The notes: generated from the sequence alone by a model not told the origin. 64,000 nt of DNA from Alphaproteobacteria bacterium (GCA_965226045.1 CBDDBU010000028.1:1241-65240), one strand, 5' to 3'; shown: positions 9,709 to 20,053, counted from the stretch's first letter. Made by a program: numbers and translations.

Positions 9709-11067
9709 ATGAGCAATTTCCGACCGGTCGACCGGGAGACGGGGTTTCTGCTGCCGCCGTCGGTGGAGGAATGGCTTCCCGAGCGGCATCTGGCGCGCTT
9801 CGTGGTCGAGGTGATCGAGCAGTTGGACCTCTCGGCGTTCGTGAAGGCCTATCGCGGCTCGGGCTCGGCGTCCTATCACCCGAGCATGCTGCTGGGGCTT
9901 CTGGTCTACGGCTACGCCACGGGGGTGTTTTCGAGCCGCAAGTTGGAGCGCGCGACCTATGATTCTGTCGCTTTCCGCTTCATCGCGGCCAACGATCATC
10001 CCGACCACGATACCATCGCCGCGTTCCGGCGGCGTTTTCTCGACCGGATCGAAGGGCTGTTCGTCGAGGTGCTGCTGCTGGCCCGGGAAGCCGGGGTGCT
10101 GAAGCTCGGCACGGTGGCGCTGGACGGCACCAAGGTGCACGCCAACGCGAGCCGGCACAGCGCGCTGTCGTGGAAACACGCCTGCGAGCTCGAAGCCCGG
10201 TTGAAGGCCGAGGTGGCGGAGTTGATGGCGTTGGCGGAGGCGGCCGATGGGGCGGATGTGCCCGACGGGATGTCGGTGCCCGAGGAACTGGCCCGGCGCG
10301 AGGATCGTCTGGCCCGCATCGCCGAGGCTAAGGCGGTGATCGAGGCGCGGGCGCGCGAACGCCTTGAGCGGGAACGGGCCGAGTACGAGGCGAAGCTCGA
10401 GGCGCGCGCGGAGAAGGCCGAGAAGACGGGCCGCAAGCCGGGCGGCCGTCCACCCGAGCCGCCGGTGGCCGGGCCCGGGCCGAAGGACCAGGTCAATCTG
10501 ACCGACGCGGACTCGCGCATCATGCCGGTGGCCGGCGGCGGCTTCGAACAGGCCTACAACGCCCAAGCCCTGGTGGCGGCCGACAGCCTGCTGGTGGTCA
10601 CCAACGACGTGGTCCAGGCCCCCAACGACAAGCGGCAAATCGAGCCGGCGCTGGAAGCGCTCGCCCGCCTTCCCGAGGCGCTGGGCGCGCCCGAGACCCT
10701 GCTGGCGGACAGCGGCTACTTCAGCGAGGCCAACGTGAACGCCTGCGCCGAGGCCGAGATCGCGCCGTTGATCACGCCCGGCCGGGAACGCCATCATCTC
10801 TCCTGGAAGGACCGCTTCGCCGGCGCGCCGCCGCCCCCGGAGAACCCGACGCCGCTGGAAGCGATGACACATCGACTGGCGACGCCCGAGGGCCGGCAAC
10901 TCTACGCCCTGCGCAAGCAAACGCCGGAACCGGTGTTCGGCATCATCAAATCGGCCATGGGCTTCCGCCAGTTCTCGCTACGCGGCCTGGACAAGGTCAC
11001 GGGCGAATGGAACCTGGTGACCCTGGCCTGGAACATAAAGAGAATGTTCACCTTGCAATACGCTTGA
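9709..11067 (+). CDS. IS1182-family (IS5-like) DDE transposase
   Basis: 452 aa. N-terminal InsH-like domain, a coiled-coil middle, DDE region (LLADSGY...) and a C-terminal NIKR motif. Confidence 0.8.
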   Translation: MSNFRPVDRETGFLLPPSVEEWLPERHLARFVVEVIEQLDLSAFVKAYRGSGSASYHPSMLLGLLVYGYATGVFSSRKLERATYDSVAFRFIAANDHPDHDTIAAFRRRFLDRIEGLFVEVLLLAREAGVLKLGTVALDGTKVHANASRHSALSWKHACELEARLKAEVAELMALAEAADGADVPDGMSVPEELARREDRLARIAEAKAVIEARARERLERERAEYEAKLEARAEKAEKTGRKPGGRPPEPPVAGPGPKDQVNLTDADSRIMPVAGGGFEQAYNAQALVAADSLLVVTNDVVQAPNDKRQIEPALEALARLPEALGAPETLLADSGYFSEANVNACAEAEIAPLITPGRERHHLSWKDRFAGAPPPPENPTPLEAMTHRLATPEGRQLYALRKQTPEPVFGIIKSAMGFRQFSLRGLDKVTGEWNLVTLAWNIKRMFTLQYA

Positions 11068-11237
11068 GCAGGCGGCCGGACTCCGTACCTCGCGAAAAGG
11101 AATAAGAGTATGCTCGCCTTGCGGCACGCGCGAGCAAGCGAACGTACTTCGTGCCCTCACGAGAGGGCATAAGAGTATACTCACCCTGCGGTACGCGCGG
11201 CCAAGCGACCGCACTCCGTGTCCTCACGAAAGGCGCT
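11038..11237 (+). repeat. Three tandem ~67-bp units at the 3' end of IS-C. The first overlaps the last transposase codons.
   Basis: Units at 11038-11103, 11104-11170 and 11171-11237 are ~70-80% identical (AAGAG(A/T)ATG(T/C)TC.CC.TGC...). Confidence 0.8.
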
Positions 11238-11323
11238 CGATCCCATGACCTCTCCACATCGCGATCCGTCCACACCCATTCTCGCGGACTTCAGTCCGAC
11301 AGGCTGCTAGGGGGCGCCCCGGT

Positions 11324-12797
11324 TCAAAATTGGTCGCCGTTGATCAAGAAGTGGACGCCGATGCTGGCGGCGTAGCCCAGCGCTATGGCCCAGGACCATT
11401 TGAGATGACCGAAAAAGGTGTAGACGCCGCGTGCTTGGCCCATGACGGCCACGCCGGCAGCCGATCCGATCGACAAGTAGTGAGCCGCCGACCCCGGCGG
11501 TGAGCGTGACCAGAAGCCACTGTCCATGGCTCATTTCCGGCAGTACCGCGAGGATGGCGAACATGACGGGGATGTTGTCGACCACTGCCGACAACAGCCC
11601 GACCAAGATGTTGGCGTAGGTCGGGCCGAGGTCATCGTACAGGAGCTGCGATCCGAGGCTGAGATAGCCGAGCGCGCCAAGCCCGCCGACGCACAGAACG
11701 ACCCCGTAGAAGAACATCAGGGTGTCCCACTCCGCGCGCTCCAGCGCCTTGAAGGTATTGAATGACTGGCTGGTCGATGCCTGCGGATTTGTGTCTGGCA
11801 TCAGCCCTTCGAGTTCGAGGGCGCTCTCGCCGAGATCGTCCTCTGCTGGGCGCGGGAAGAAGTGATCGCGACGTTTGAGGTAGTAGCCAAAGAGCTTCAG
11901 CAGTCCCAGCCCCGTCATCATGCCGATGACCGGCGGCAAATGAAGGAAGTTATGCGACGCAACGGCCATGACCACCGTCACGATGAAGAGGCCGATCACC
12001 ACGAGCGCCCCGTGCTCAAGCTTGGCGACCTCATCCAGACGATCGGGTTGGCCCTTCGGCATGACAAAACTCATGATGACCGCCGGGACCAGCCAATTCA
12101 CGAGCGCGGGCACGAACAGGACGAAGAACTCCTCGAAGGCGAGGAGGCCCTTTTGCCATACCATCAATGTGGTGATGTCGCCGAATGGGCTGAAGGCGCC
12201 GCCGGCGTTGGCTGCCACCACCACGTTGATACATGCGACAGCCGCGAAGCGGGGTTGGGAGCGGCCCACCGCGACGATAACGGTCGCCATCAGGAGTGCC
12301 GTCGTCAGATTGTCGGCGATCGGAGACAAGAAGAACGCTATTCCGCCCGTCAGCCAAAAGATCGTCCGATATGAGAAGCCGCGCGAGACCAGCCAGGCCC
12401 GCAGAACATCGAACACGCCGCGTTCGTCCATCGCGTTGATGTACGTCATGGCGGCCAGCAGAAAGAGGAAGAGTTCGGCGAACTCGAGCAGATTGTGGCG
12501 GACCGCCTGCTCGGCGAAGGTCGTATCGCCGCTTCCCGCGAAGGCAACGGCCACCAGCGCCCAGATCGCGCCGGCCGCCACCATGACCGGCTTGGACTTG
12601 CGCAGGTGGAGCGTTTCCTCGCCGATCACCAACGCGTAGGCGAAGACGAAGATGATGACGCACACGATCCCGATCCAGTGACCGGTGAAGTCGAGCGCGC
12701 TACTCGCTTCCGCCTCCGACGCGGACGCCACCGATGCCCACAGCAACGACGCGGCGCCGACGACGGTCGGCCACGCGACACGCACCGCAACGGATTT
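11324..12797 (-). pseudogene. nhaD: Na+/H+ antiporter NhaD-family transporter, frameshifted near the 3' end
   Basis: The 533-aa reading matches NhaD/ArsB-fold permeases up to ...LTAGVGGSLL. The conserved C-terminus (SIGSAAGVAVMGQARGVYTFFGHLKWSWAIALGYAASIGVHFLINGDQF) continues in the +1 frame (ORF 11324..11527). One extra base sits near 11490 (non-homopolymer). The GTG start overlaps the upstream stop. Confidence 0.65.
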
Positions 12798-13890
12798 ACA
12801 TGTCACGCGCGTCCCCCAAGCTCGGAGCCGCCCGCTCTCGGCCGCCCGGCGATCCGCAGCTGAGAACATCAGCATACAGGTCGGCGTCCACGTTGCCGCC
12901 CGATGCAACGACCACGGTCGTTTTGCCGCCGCACTCGTAACGACCCGCGAGTAACGCTGCCAGTGCGACCGCCCCGCCCGGCTCGAGGACGAGCTTGAGG
13001 TGCTGGAATGCGGCGATCATCGCGTGTTTGGTCTGCGCATCGCTGACGGCGAAGCCGCTGGCGAGCCGCTTAACGTTGATCTGGAAGGTAAGCACGCCGG
13101 GCGTCGGCACCAGCAACGCATCACAAATGCTACCGTCAATCACAGTGTTGCGCAGCCGCCTACCGCTCGCGAGCGACCGTGCGGTATCGTCGAAACCCTC
13201 CGGCTCGGCGGCATGGATTGGCAGTCCCGGCCAGCGGTCTTGCAAAGCGGTCGCTGTGCCTGAGATGAGGCCGCCACCCCCGCACGGGCACAAGACCGCG
13301 TCCGGTTCCACACCGAGCGCCTCGCACTGCTCGACGATCTCCAACCCGACCGTCCCCTGACCCGCGATGACATTGAAGTCGTCGAAGGGGCGCACCAATG
13401 TCGCTCGTCGCTCGGCGGCGAGCTCGGCGGCGACCTTTTCCCGCAGATCGTCGTCGCGTTCGATCGGCACCACTTCGGCCCCGTAAGCGCGGGTCGCTGC
13501 TATCTTCATCCGGGGGGCGTCCTCCGGCATCACGATGACCGCGGCTATGCCGGTGAGACGGGCCGCCAGCGCGACCCCCGCGGCATGATTGCCCGAGGAA
13601 AACGCGATCACGCCGCCTTGGCGCTCGGCCTCGCTCAGCTGGCTGATGCGGTTGAAGGCGCCACGGAACTTGAACGAGCCGGTGCGCTGCAACGATTCCG
13701 CCTTGAGCAGCACTCGCCCGCCGACGAGATCGTTGAGCCCTGGTGATTCGAGCAGCGGCGTGCGCACCGCTTGCCCGGCGATGCGTTGCGCGGCCGCGTG
13801 GATGTCCCCGATCGACGGCGCCCGCGAGACATCGACGCCCGCCACCGGCTCGGCGCTGGTCGGGTGATCAGAGCTGGCTGAGGAAGTCAT
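12796..13890 (-). CDS. PLP-dependent threonine/serine dehydratase (threonine ammonia-lyase family)
   Basis: SFKFRGA lysine motif, a GNHA loop and a G-rich PLP phosphate loop (CPCGGGGL). Translationally coupled to its neighbours. Confidence 0.75.
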   Translation of the reverse strand: MTSSASSDHPTSAEPVAGVDVSRAPSIGDIHAAAQRIAGQAVRTPLLESPGLNDLVGGRVLLKAESLQRTGSFKFRGAFNRISQLSEAERQGGVIAFSSGNHAAGVALAARLTGIAAVIVMPEDAPRMKIAATRAYGAEVVPIERDDDLREKVAAELAAERRATLVRPFDDFNVIAGQGTVGLEIVEQCEALGVEPDAVLCPCGGGGLISGTATALQDRWPGLPIHAAEPEGFDDTARSLASGRRLRNTVIDGSICDALLVPTPGVLTFQINVKRLASGFAVSDAQTKHAMIAAFQHLKLVLEPGGAVALAALLAGRYECGGKTTVVVASGGNVDADLYADVLSCGSPGGRERAAPSLGDARDM

Positions 13891-14797
13891 CGATGGCCTC
13901 CAGGCACTCGGGTTCACCGAGGTCGGGAGCATGCCCTCGGCGTGGGACGGTCAGCCGCATCAAGTCCGGCTTGACCTCGGCCATGCGCTCGAAGGTGGCC
14001 GGACTCAAGACATCGGAATTCTCGCCGCGGATCGCCAGCGTGGGTATGTGGCCGAGAGCACCGAACCAACGCCACGCGTAGGCTGGGGCGCCGCCGGATT
14101 CCTTGAGGGCGCGCCCGACCCGAACGTCGTGGTCCAAACGTAGCACCCCACCGTCATCGGCAACGAAGGTCTGGTGAGCGATGCGGTCCCAGTCGGCGTC
14201 GGTCCCATCGGGACGGGCGGGGCCCCAGGCATCGTGGCAATATGTGGCGGCGGCGGCCCAGTCGCGTGGCGTCTCCGCCTTGCCGACGTAGTTGGCGATG
14301 CGTTCGCGTCCCCCCGCCGCCGCGTCGGGTCCAATGTCGTTTAGGACGACGCCGCGCAAACACGCGGGGCGCGCCACCGCCAGCGCCATGGCCATGAGTC
14401 CGCCCGCCGAGGTCCCGATCACCACTACCGCGCCGAGGGCGGCGACCGTGAGAAGATCGAGGAGATCGGAGAGGTGGGTGCGCGGCGTGTAATTGCGATA
14501 GTCGGGGTCGTAGGCGGAGCGTCCGCGACCGCGATAGTCCGGGCACACCACCCGCCGGTCCGACGCGTAGCGCAGCGCCAGCGCGTCGAAGTCCTTCGAG
14601 TTGCGGGTAAGACCCGGCAGACAAAGCAGCGGTATCCGCCCGCTCGCCGGATGGCCGTACTCGCGATAGAACCCGTACTCGCGATAGAACAAAATCAGCC
14701 CATCCTGGGCGCTAAATCGCCGCTCCCGAACCGCGACCGGCGCGGTCCCGTGACTCGCTCCGGCGCCGGTCGCGGTTAGTTCAGCCAGCGCCGACAA
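13868..14797 (-). CDS. Alpha/beta-hydrolase (Ser-nucleophile esterase/lipase type)
   Basis: GTSAGG nucleophile elbow. A TTG start overlaps the stop of the HAD gene (start uncertain). Contains a perfect 18-bp in-frame tandem duplication (FYREYG twice). Confidence 0.55.
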   Translation of the reverse strand: MSALAELTATGAGASHGTAPVAVRERRFSAQDGLILFYREYGFYREYGHPASGRIPLLCLPGLTRNSKDFDALALRYASDRRVVCPDYRGRGRSAYDPDYRNYTPRTHLSDLLDLLTVAALGAVVVIGTSAGGLMAMALAVARPACLRGVVLNDIGPDAAAGGRERIANYVGKAETPRDWAAAATYCHDAWGPARPDGTDADWDRIAHQTFVADDGGVLRLDHDVRVGRALKESGGAPAYAWRWFGALGHIPTLAIRGENSDVLSPATFERMAEVKPDLMRLTVPRRGHAPDLGEPECLEAIDDFLSQL

Positions 14798-15476
14798 CGT
14801 CCGGCAACGGATCAAGCGTCCGTACCTCGACCGCAGGTTCCCCAGGGATGTTCTCGCGCGGCTGGGCGAAACGATTGACCCAGACCACCTGATAGCCAAA
14901 CGCCGCCGCCGCCGCCGCGTCCCAAGCATTTGACGATTGAAACGACATGCGGGCCGCCGGTAGGCCCAGCCGATCGCATGCGAGCTGATAGACGCTTGGG
15001 TGCGGCTTATACACGCCGACCTCCTCGACCGAGAGGAGAGCATCAAAACTGGCGCTGATGCCCGCGTTGGCGGCTGCGGCCTCTAACATTCGCGGCGATC
15101 CATTGGACAGAATAGCGGTCTTCATTCCCGATTCCCGCAATCGTTCGAGCACGCCCGCGACCTCAGGATAGGCATCGAGGCTCAGGTACAGCTCCATGAG
15201 TCTCTGGCGAAGCGCACTGTTGTCGATGCGCAGGCTCGCCATCGCATAGTCGAGCGCGTCCCCCGTCACCTGCCAAAAGTCCACGTGTCGCCCCATCAGG
15301 GCGCGGAGCCAGGTGTATTGAAGTTGCTTCGACCGCCACACTTCCGCGAGGCGGTCGGCGTCATCGCCCAGGGCATCGCGGCACCGCCGAGCGGCGGCCG
15401 TCACGTCAAACAGCGTGCCGTACGCGTCGAACACACAGGCGCGGACGTCGTCAAGTCGAGTCTCAGTGTCTGCCAT
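14781..15476 (-). CDS. Haloacid dehalogenase type II (L-2-haloacid dehalogenase-like HAD hydrolase)
   Basis: 231 aa. N-terminal DAYGTLFDV motif I plus SNGS and downstream motifs typical of type II HAD dehalogenases. Confidence 0.7.
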   Translation of the reverse strand: MADTETRLDDVRACVFDAYGTLFDVTAAARRCRDALGDDADRLAEVWRSKQLQYTWLRALMGRHVDFWQVTGDALDYAMASLRIDNSALRQRLMELYLSLDAYPEVAGVLERLRESGMKTAILSNGSPRMLEAAAANAGISASFDALLSVEEVGVYKPHPSVYQLACDRLGLPAARMSFQSSNAWDAAAAAAFGYQVVWVNRFAQPRENIPGEPAVEVRTLDPLPDVVGAG

Positions 15477-15598
15477 ATGATGCCGCGCCTGACCTTAGCG
15501 AGCCCGAGACTAGGGAACCATGCGCGCGTCGGGCCAGCGCGGCTGACACATGACTCGATCGTTGGCGCCGAGACGTTACCTGTAGACATGCAGGTTCT

Positions 15599-17048
15599 CG
15601 GAGATGTCCCGGTCGATGTTGAAAAGTTGAGGTAGGTGTCGCTCTCCTGGAGCCGTTAGGCTCCGGGTGCTGCAAACCCAAGAGGGAGAACGACACCATG
15701 GGAAAGAATATCCGTAGTTCCAGTAGCCCGAAAGCCCTTGCCACCTCGTTTCCTATGCCGCCGCTGGCAGACGCGATGGACGCAGTCCGTCTCAGCGTGG
15801 ATCGGTTCTGTCTCCTGGCCGGGGTCGAGGCCTTGGCCGAGATGATGGAGGAGGACGCCACGACCGTGTGCGGGGCCCGACATCGTCGCCATGGGAACCG
15901 TCGGGGTTATCGCTGGGGCCATACGCAGAGCGAGATCGGCTACCACGGCGGCCGCGTGAAAGTGCAGCGGCCACGGGTTCGCGACCATGCTGGCAAGGAG
16001 GTGGGTTTGGAGAGCTGGCAGGTGCTGCGCGACGGCAACCTGTTGCTCGAGTGGGCGCTCAACCTGATGGTGCTGAACGTGTCGACCCGCAAGTACCACC
16101 GCGCGGTCCGTCTGCCCGAGGGCGACCTGGCGAAAGCGCGTGGCGACGGCACCTCGAAGTCGGCCGTTTCCCGGCGCTTTGTGGCGCTGTCGCGCAAGAA
16201 GATGAAGGCCTGGCTTGCCTCGGACCTCTCGGAGCTCGACCTGCTGGTCATCCAGATCGACGGTCTGCATGTCGGCGACCATGTCTTGGTGGCGGCGATC
16301 GGCGTCGATGGCAACGGCGACAAGCATGTCCTGGCCGTGGTCGAGGGGGCGACGGAGAACACTGTCGTCGTCCAGGCCTTGCTCGACAATCTCCTCGCCA
16401 GGGGGCTCGATCCGACGCTGCCCCGGCTGTTCATCGTCGATGGCGCGAAGGCGCTCAGCAAAGCGATCCGCAACACCTTCGGTGTGGCCGCCGCCATCCA
16501 GCGCTGCCAGGTCCACAAGGGCCGTAACATCATCGAGCGCCTGCCCCTGCATTTGCATGCGAGCGTCAAGAAGGCGCTCCGTCAGGCCTGGGACCAGGAC
16601 GACGCAGACAAGGCCGAACGGCTGCTGCGCAACCTGGCCCGGCGTCTGGAGCATGAGGAACCGGGCGTCTCGGGCAGCATCCTGGAGGGGCTGGACGAGA
16701 TACTCACCGTCATCCGCCTCGGCCTGCCGCACGAACTCCGGCGCTCGCTCGCCTGCACCAACATCGTCGAGAACGCGCTCGGCACGGTGCGCCAGGTCAC
16801 CCGCAACGTCAAACGCTGGAGACACGCCGAGATGGCGCTCAGATGGACCGCCGCCGGCCTGCTGGAGGCCCAGAAAACCTTCCGTCGCCTCAAGGCCTAT
16901 CGTCAGCTGCCCATCCTCCGAAATGCTCTCCAGGAACACTTGAGAAAGGCTCAGGCCGACAGTGCCATTGAAACCATCATGAAGGCAGCATAGCATCATC
17001 AACCAGCGACGCCTGCCCCACGAATTTCAACAGAGATAGGGACATCGC
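15599..17048 (+). mobile_element. IS256-family insertion sequence, copy B1 (~1450 bp), flanked by the 9-bp direct repeat CAGGTTCTC
   Basis: Ends were defined by comparison with copy B2. IRs are GGAGATGTCCCGGTCGATGTTGAAAAGTTG and, by reverse complement, GATGTCCCTATCTCTGTTGAAATTCG. Direct repeats at 15590-15598 and 17049-17057. Confidence 0.85.
15698..16993 (+). CDS. IS256-family (mutator-type) transposase, type B
   Basis: 431 aa, mutator-type DDE transposase by sequence pattern. ~99% identical to 25810..27195 (-). Confidence 0.9.
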   Translation: MGKNIRSSSSPKALATSFPMPPLADAMDAVRLSVDRFCLLAGVEALAEMMEEDATTVCGARHRRHGNRRGYRWGHTQSEIGYHGGRVKVQRPRVRDHAGKEVGLESWQVLRDGNLLLEWALNLMVLNVSTRKYHRAVRLPEGDLAKARGDGTSKSAVSRRFVALSRKKMKAWLASDLSELDLLVIQIDGLHVGDHVLVAAIGVDGNGDKHVLAVVEGATENTVVVQALLDNLLARGLDPTLPRLFIVDGAKALSKAIRNTFGVAAAIQRCQVHKGRNIIERLPLHLHASVKKALRQAWDQDDADKAERLLRNLARRLEHEEPGVSGSILEGLDEILTVIRLGLPHELRRSLACTNIVENALGTVRQVTRNVKRWRHAEMALRWTAAGLLEAQKTFRRLKAYRQLPILRNALQEHLRKAQADSAIETIMKAA

Positions 17049-18977
17049 CAGGTTCTCAATGACACGCTGTACGAAGTTGCGGGTTTCCGCGACGGGGATC
17101 AATTCGATCCAGTCGATAACGTCGATTTCACCCCGTCGCGGGTCGCCCCAATTGCGAAGCCAGCGGCGGGTTCGTGTGCCGCCGGCGTTGTACGCCGCGA
17201 GGGCCAGTACGTAGGAGCCGTCGTAGGCGTCCACCAGCGTGCCGAGGTAGCTGCCGCCGAGCCGTCAGGTTGTAGTCTATATCGTCGAGCAAGCGTCGTT
17301 CGCTATAGCCAATCCGCAATCGCCGCGCCTCGGACTTTGCTGTCGCCGGCATCACCTGCGTCAAGCCACGCGCGCCGGCGGAACTTATGGCCCCCTGGTT
17401 GAAGTCACTCTCCTGCCGCGCGACCGCCAACACCAGCGCCGGCTCGACGGCAAAGTCGTCCGGCAGGTCGAGGTGCGGGTAGGCGGGCCCGACGAGGAAG
17501 ACGCCGCAGCGCAGCGCGAGCTTGGCGGCCGAGATGGCCAGCTCGGGCCGACCCACGCGCTGCGCCAACGCGCCCACCAGGGCATGCTCCCCCGGCGTAT
17601 CGACGATGTCCGCGAGGCGGAGCAGGAACGAACGTTGCAGGTAGCGCTGCCCGAGTTGATGGAGGAGAAGAACGACGTCGACAAGCTCGCGCCGCCTGAA
17701 GCGCGCAACATCCTCCTCGGTGGGGTGGGGGTCGGCGGGAATATCCAGCGCCGCCGCGCCGTTCGCGTGCGCGTTGGCCAGCTGGCCGTAGAACGTCGCT
17801 GGGTGCGTGGCGGCCTGAGCGTACCAGCCATGCGCGAGCGCCGTCTCTCCTATCGCCGTGGCGGCGCTGGCCGCCCAATATCCGGCGCGCGCCTTGCTTA
17901 TCGGGAATCTGGCGAGCGCGTGCATGCGTTCGAAGTGAGTCAGCGCGGTACGGCCGTCGCCGAGGAATCGGAGCGCTATCCAACCGGCCAGCCATTCCGC
18001 CTCCGACGCCGGGCCACGCTCGACCTGGCCGTGCTCGGCAGCCAGCCGATACGCCTCCGAGACGCTCCCATCCTCTAACGTCTCGCGAAGCTGCAAGTGC
18101 CGTTCGAGCCACCACTTGTCGGCCCGAATGAGATCGGCGGGCGTATCGGCCAACAACTCCCGTGCGCGATCGTGGAAGCCCTTGCGCCGCTGCCAGCAGA
18201 CCCGCTCATAGATCAATCCGGCATGACGCTTCAGCTCGGCGGGAACCTTCGCGATCGCCTCATCGACGGTGGGACCCGACAGCATCAGGAACAGGCGCGG
18301 CTCGCCGAGCAGCCCCTGGTCGGCGCTGACCCGTGGCAGCATATGCCGGGCCGGCCGTAGGCGCTCGTCCCACAGCAGGCGATCGAGGCGACCCGCGTCG
18401 ATTTCTGGACCCAACACCTTCTTGTAGCGGAGATAGAACCGGCGCTCCTCGGCCGCTCTCAAATCGCCGTTGACCCATGCGTCGCGGAGGGCGGCGTCAC
18501 TGTCGACGATCAAGCCGGCCTCGCGGAGTGCTTCGGCAAAGGCCGCTCGTGCCGGACCGGATAGCGGGGGATGAGAGCGGAACCAATCGATGGTCTCCGC
18601 TGCCGGCAGGGCCAGCGCCGCGCGCGCCACGGTGCGCAGCAATGCGGCTGAGCTTGGCCAGTCCTCGCTTTTGGCGATGAAGTCAGCGATCTCGCGGAAT
18701 GGCACCTGCGCCCCGGGCCGTGCAGTGGTACCAACGAATTATCTTCGCGGCCAGCGGGTATCCTACCCCGGCCGCCAGCCCATGGGCCGAGGTCCACCGA
18801 CCCGAGTTGGCGCTCTTGAACGCGCGCAAGGCCCGCAGCATATCCGCCTTCGAAAGGCCGGAGCGGGCAACGCTGTCATTGGCTTTCAGTGAAGATCGGG
18901 CTTTCGGCGAGGACCGGCGTCGCCGCGACGATCAGAATAGTGCTGACCAGGATGGCTATGGATCTCGGGCTGTTCAC
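17049..18977 (-). pseudogene. slt: Soluble lytic murein transglycosylase (Slt70 family), decayed by at least three frameshifts and 3' IS insertion
   Basis: Reading pieces lie in three frames. Signal peptide VNSPRSIAILV...AE, then ...ADMLRALRAFKSANSGRW...PLAAKIIRWYHCTARGAGA in a second frame, then FREIADFIAKSEDWP... in a third. A +1 at ~17265 (DYNL|RLGGSYLGTLVDAYDGSYVLALAAYNAGG) returns to the first. The native last codons HVYR-stop lie at 15576-15589 beyond IS-B1. The IS TSD duplicates codons ENL. Confidence 0.7.
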
Positions 18978-19169
18978 GATACCTGCACGTCATTTGCGCC
19001 GCGCCGCATTCGACCGGCGTGCGCATGATAGCTGTGCCGGACGGCCGCCAACAACGACGCGACGGTGCTCGGGCTGGTGACCTGGTGGGGACGGCGCGCA
19101 CGCTTGCCGGCGACCCGGCGCTGCGGCTATGGTGCGGCTCCCCAACGACATCCTATGAAGGCCTTGGCC

Positions 19170-20045
19170 ATGTTCAAGGGATCTTTCACGGCCTTGATCA
19201 CGCCCTTCCGCAACGGAGGCGTGGACGAGAAGTCTTTTCAAGAGTTCGTCGAGTGGCAGATCCAAGAGGGCGCGCACGGCGTCGTGCCGTGCGGCACGAC
19301 CGGAGAGTCGCCGACGTTGAGCCATGCTGAGCACATGCGCGTGACCGAGTTGTGTGTCGAGGTAGCGGACAAACGGGTGCCGGTTGTCCCCGGCACGGGC
19401 TCGAATTCGACCGAGGAAGCGATCGAACTATCACGACATGCCAAGGAGGCGGGCGCCGACGCCACCCTCCATGTGACGCCATATTACAACAAACCCACTC
19501 AGGAAGGCCTCTACCAGCACTACAAGGCCATCCATGACGCCGTCGACATTCCGATCATCATTTACAACATCCCCGGCCGCAGCGTGGTGAACATGTCGAT
19601 CGACACGATGGCGCGGCTGGCCGAACTCCCTGGGGTGATTGGCGTGAAGGACGCGACGGCCGATCTCGCGCGGGTGAGTTCGACGCGGCTCAGGCTGGGG
19701 TCGGATTTCTGCCAGATGTCGGGCGAGGACGCGACCGCGCTTGCCTTGATGGCCCATGGCGGCCACGGCTGTATCTCGGTCACCGCGAATGTCGCGCCGC
19801 GCGCCTGCTCCGAGTTCCAGACCGCCTGCCTGAACGGCGACTACGGCGCCGCCCTGGCCTACCAGGATCGTTTGATGCCGTTGCACGAAGCGCTGTTCCT
19901 CGAAACAAGTCCCGCGCCGGTCAAATATGCGGCCAGCTTGCTGGGAAAATGCGAGAACGCGGTGCGCCTACCTCTGGTCGAAGTGGGCGATAGTACCAAG
20001 GCCAGCGTCAAGGCCGCGATGCAGGCGGCGGGCCTGCTCAACTGA
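19170..20045 (+). CDS. dapA: 4-hydroxy-tetrahydrodipicolinate synthase
   Basis: [13 protein letters not shown]... is a typical DapA N-terminus, with GTTGE and the active-site lysine region. An alternative ATG lies at 19155. Confidence 0.85.
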   Translation: MFKGSFTALITPFRNGGVDEKSFQEFVEWQIQEGAHGVVPCGTTGESPTLSHAEHMRVTELCVEVADKRVPVVPGTGSNSTEEAIELSRHAKEAGADATLHVTPYYNKPTQEGLYQHYKAIHDAVDIPIIIYNIPGRSVVNMSIDTMARLAELPGVIGVKDATADLARVSSTRLRLGSDFCQMSGEDATALALMAHGGHGCISVTANVAPRACSEFQTACLNGDYGAALAYQDRLMPLHEALFLETSPAPVKYAASLLGKCENAVRLPLVEVGDSTKASVKAAMQAAGLLN

Positions 20046-20053
20046 CCGCGAAC

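Larger units (their letters stand above)
9629..11306 (+). mobile_element. IS1182/IS5-like insertion sequence 'IS-C' (~1678 bp) with a 4-bp TSD CTAG
   Basis: Terminal IRs are CAGCCTGTCGGACTTGAGCC (9629-) and, by reverse complement, CAGCCTGTCGGACTGAAGTC (-11306). CTAG sits at 9625-9628 and 11307-11310. It carries one transposase ORF and an internal 67-bp tandem repeat. Confidence 0.75.

Noticed and set aside
11038-11237. CRISPR array
   Set aside because: The three ~67-bp units are contiguous with no spacers. They diverge progressively, overlap the transposase 3' end and lie inside IS-C. That is a tandem duplication of IS terminal sequence, not repeat-spacer architecture. No cas genes are present.
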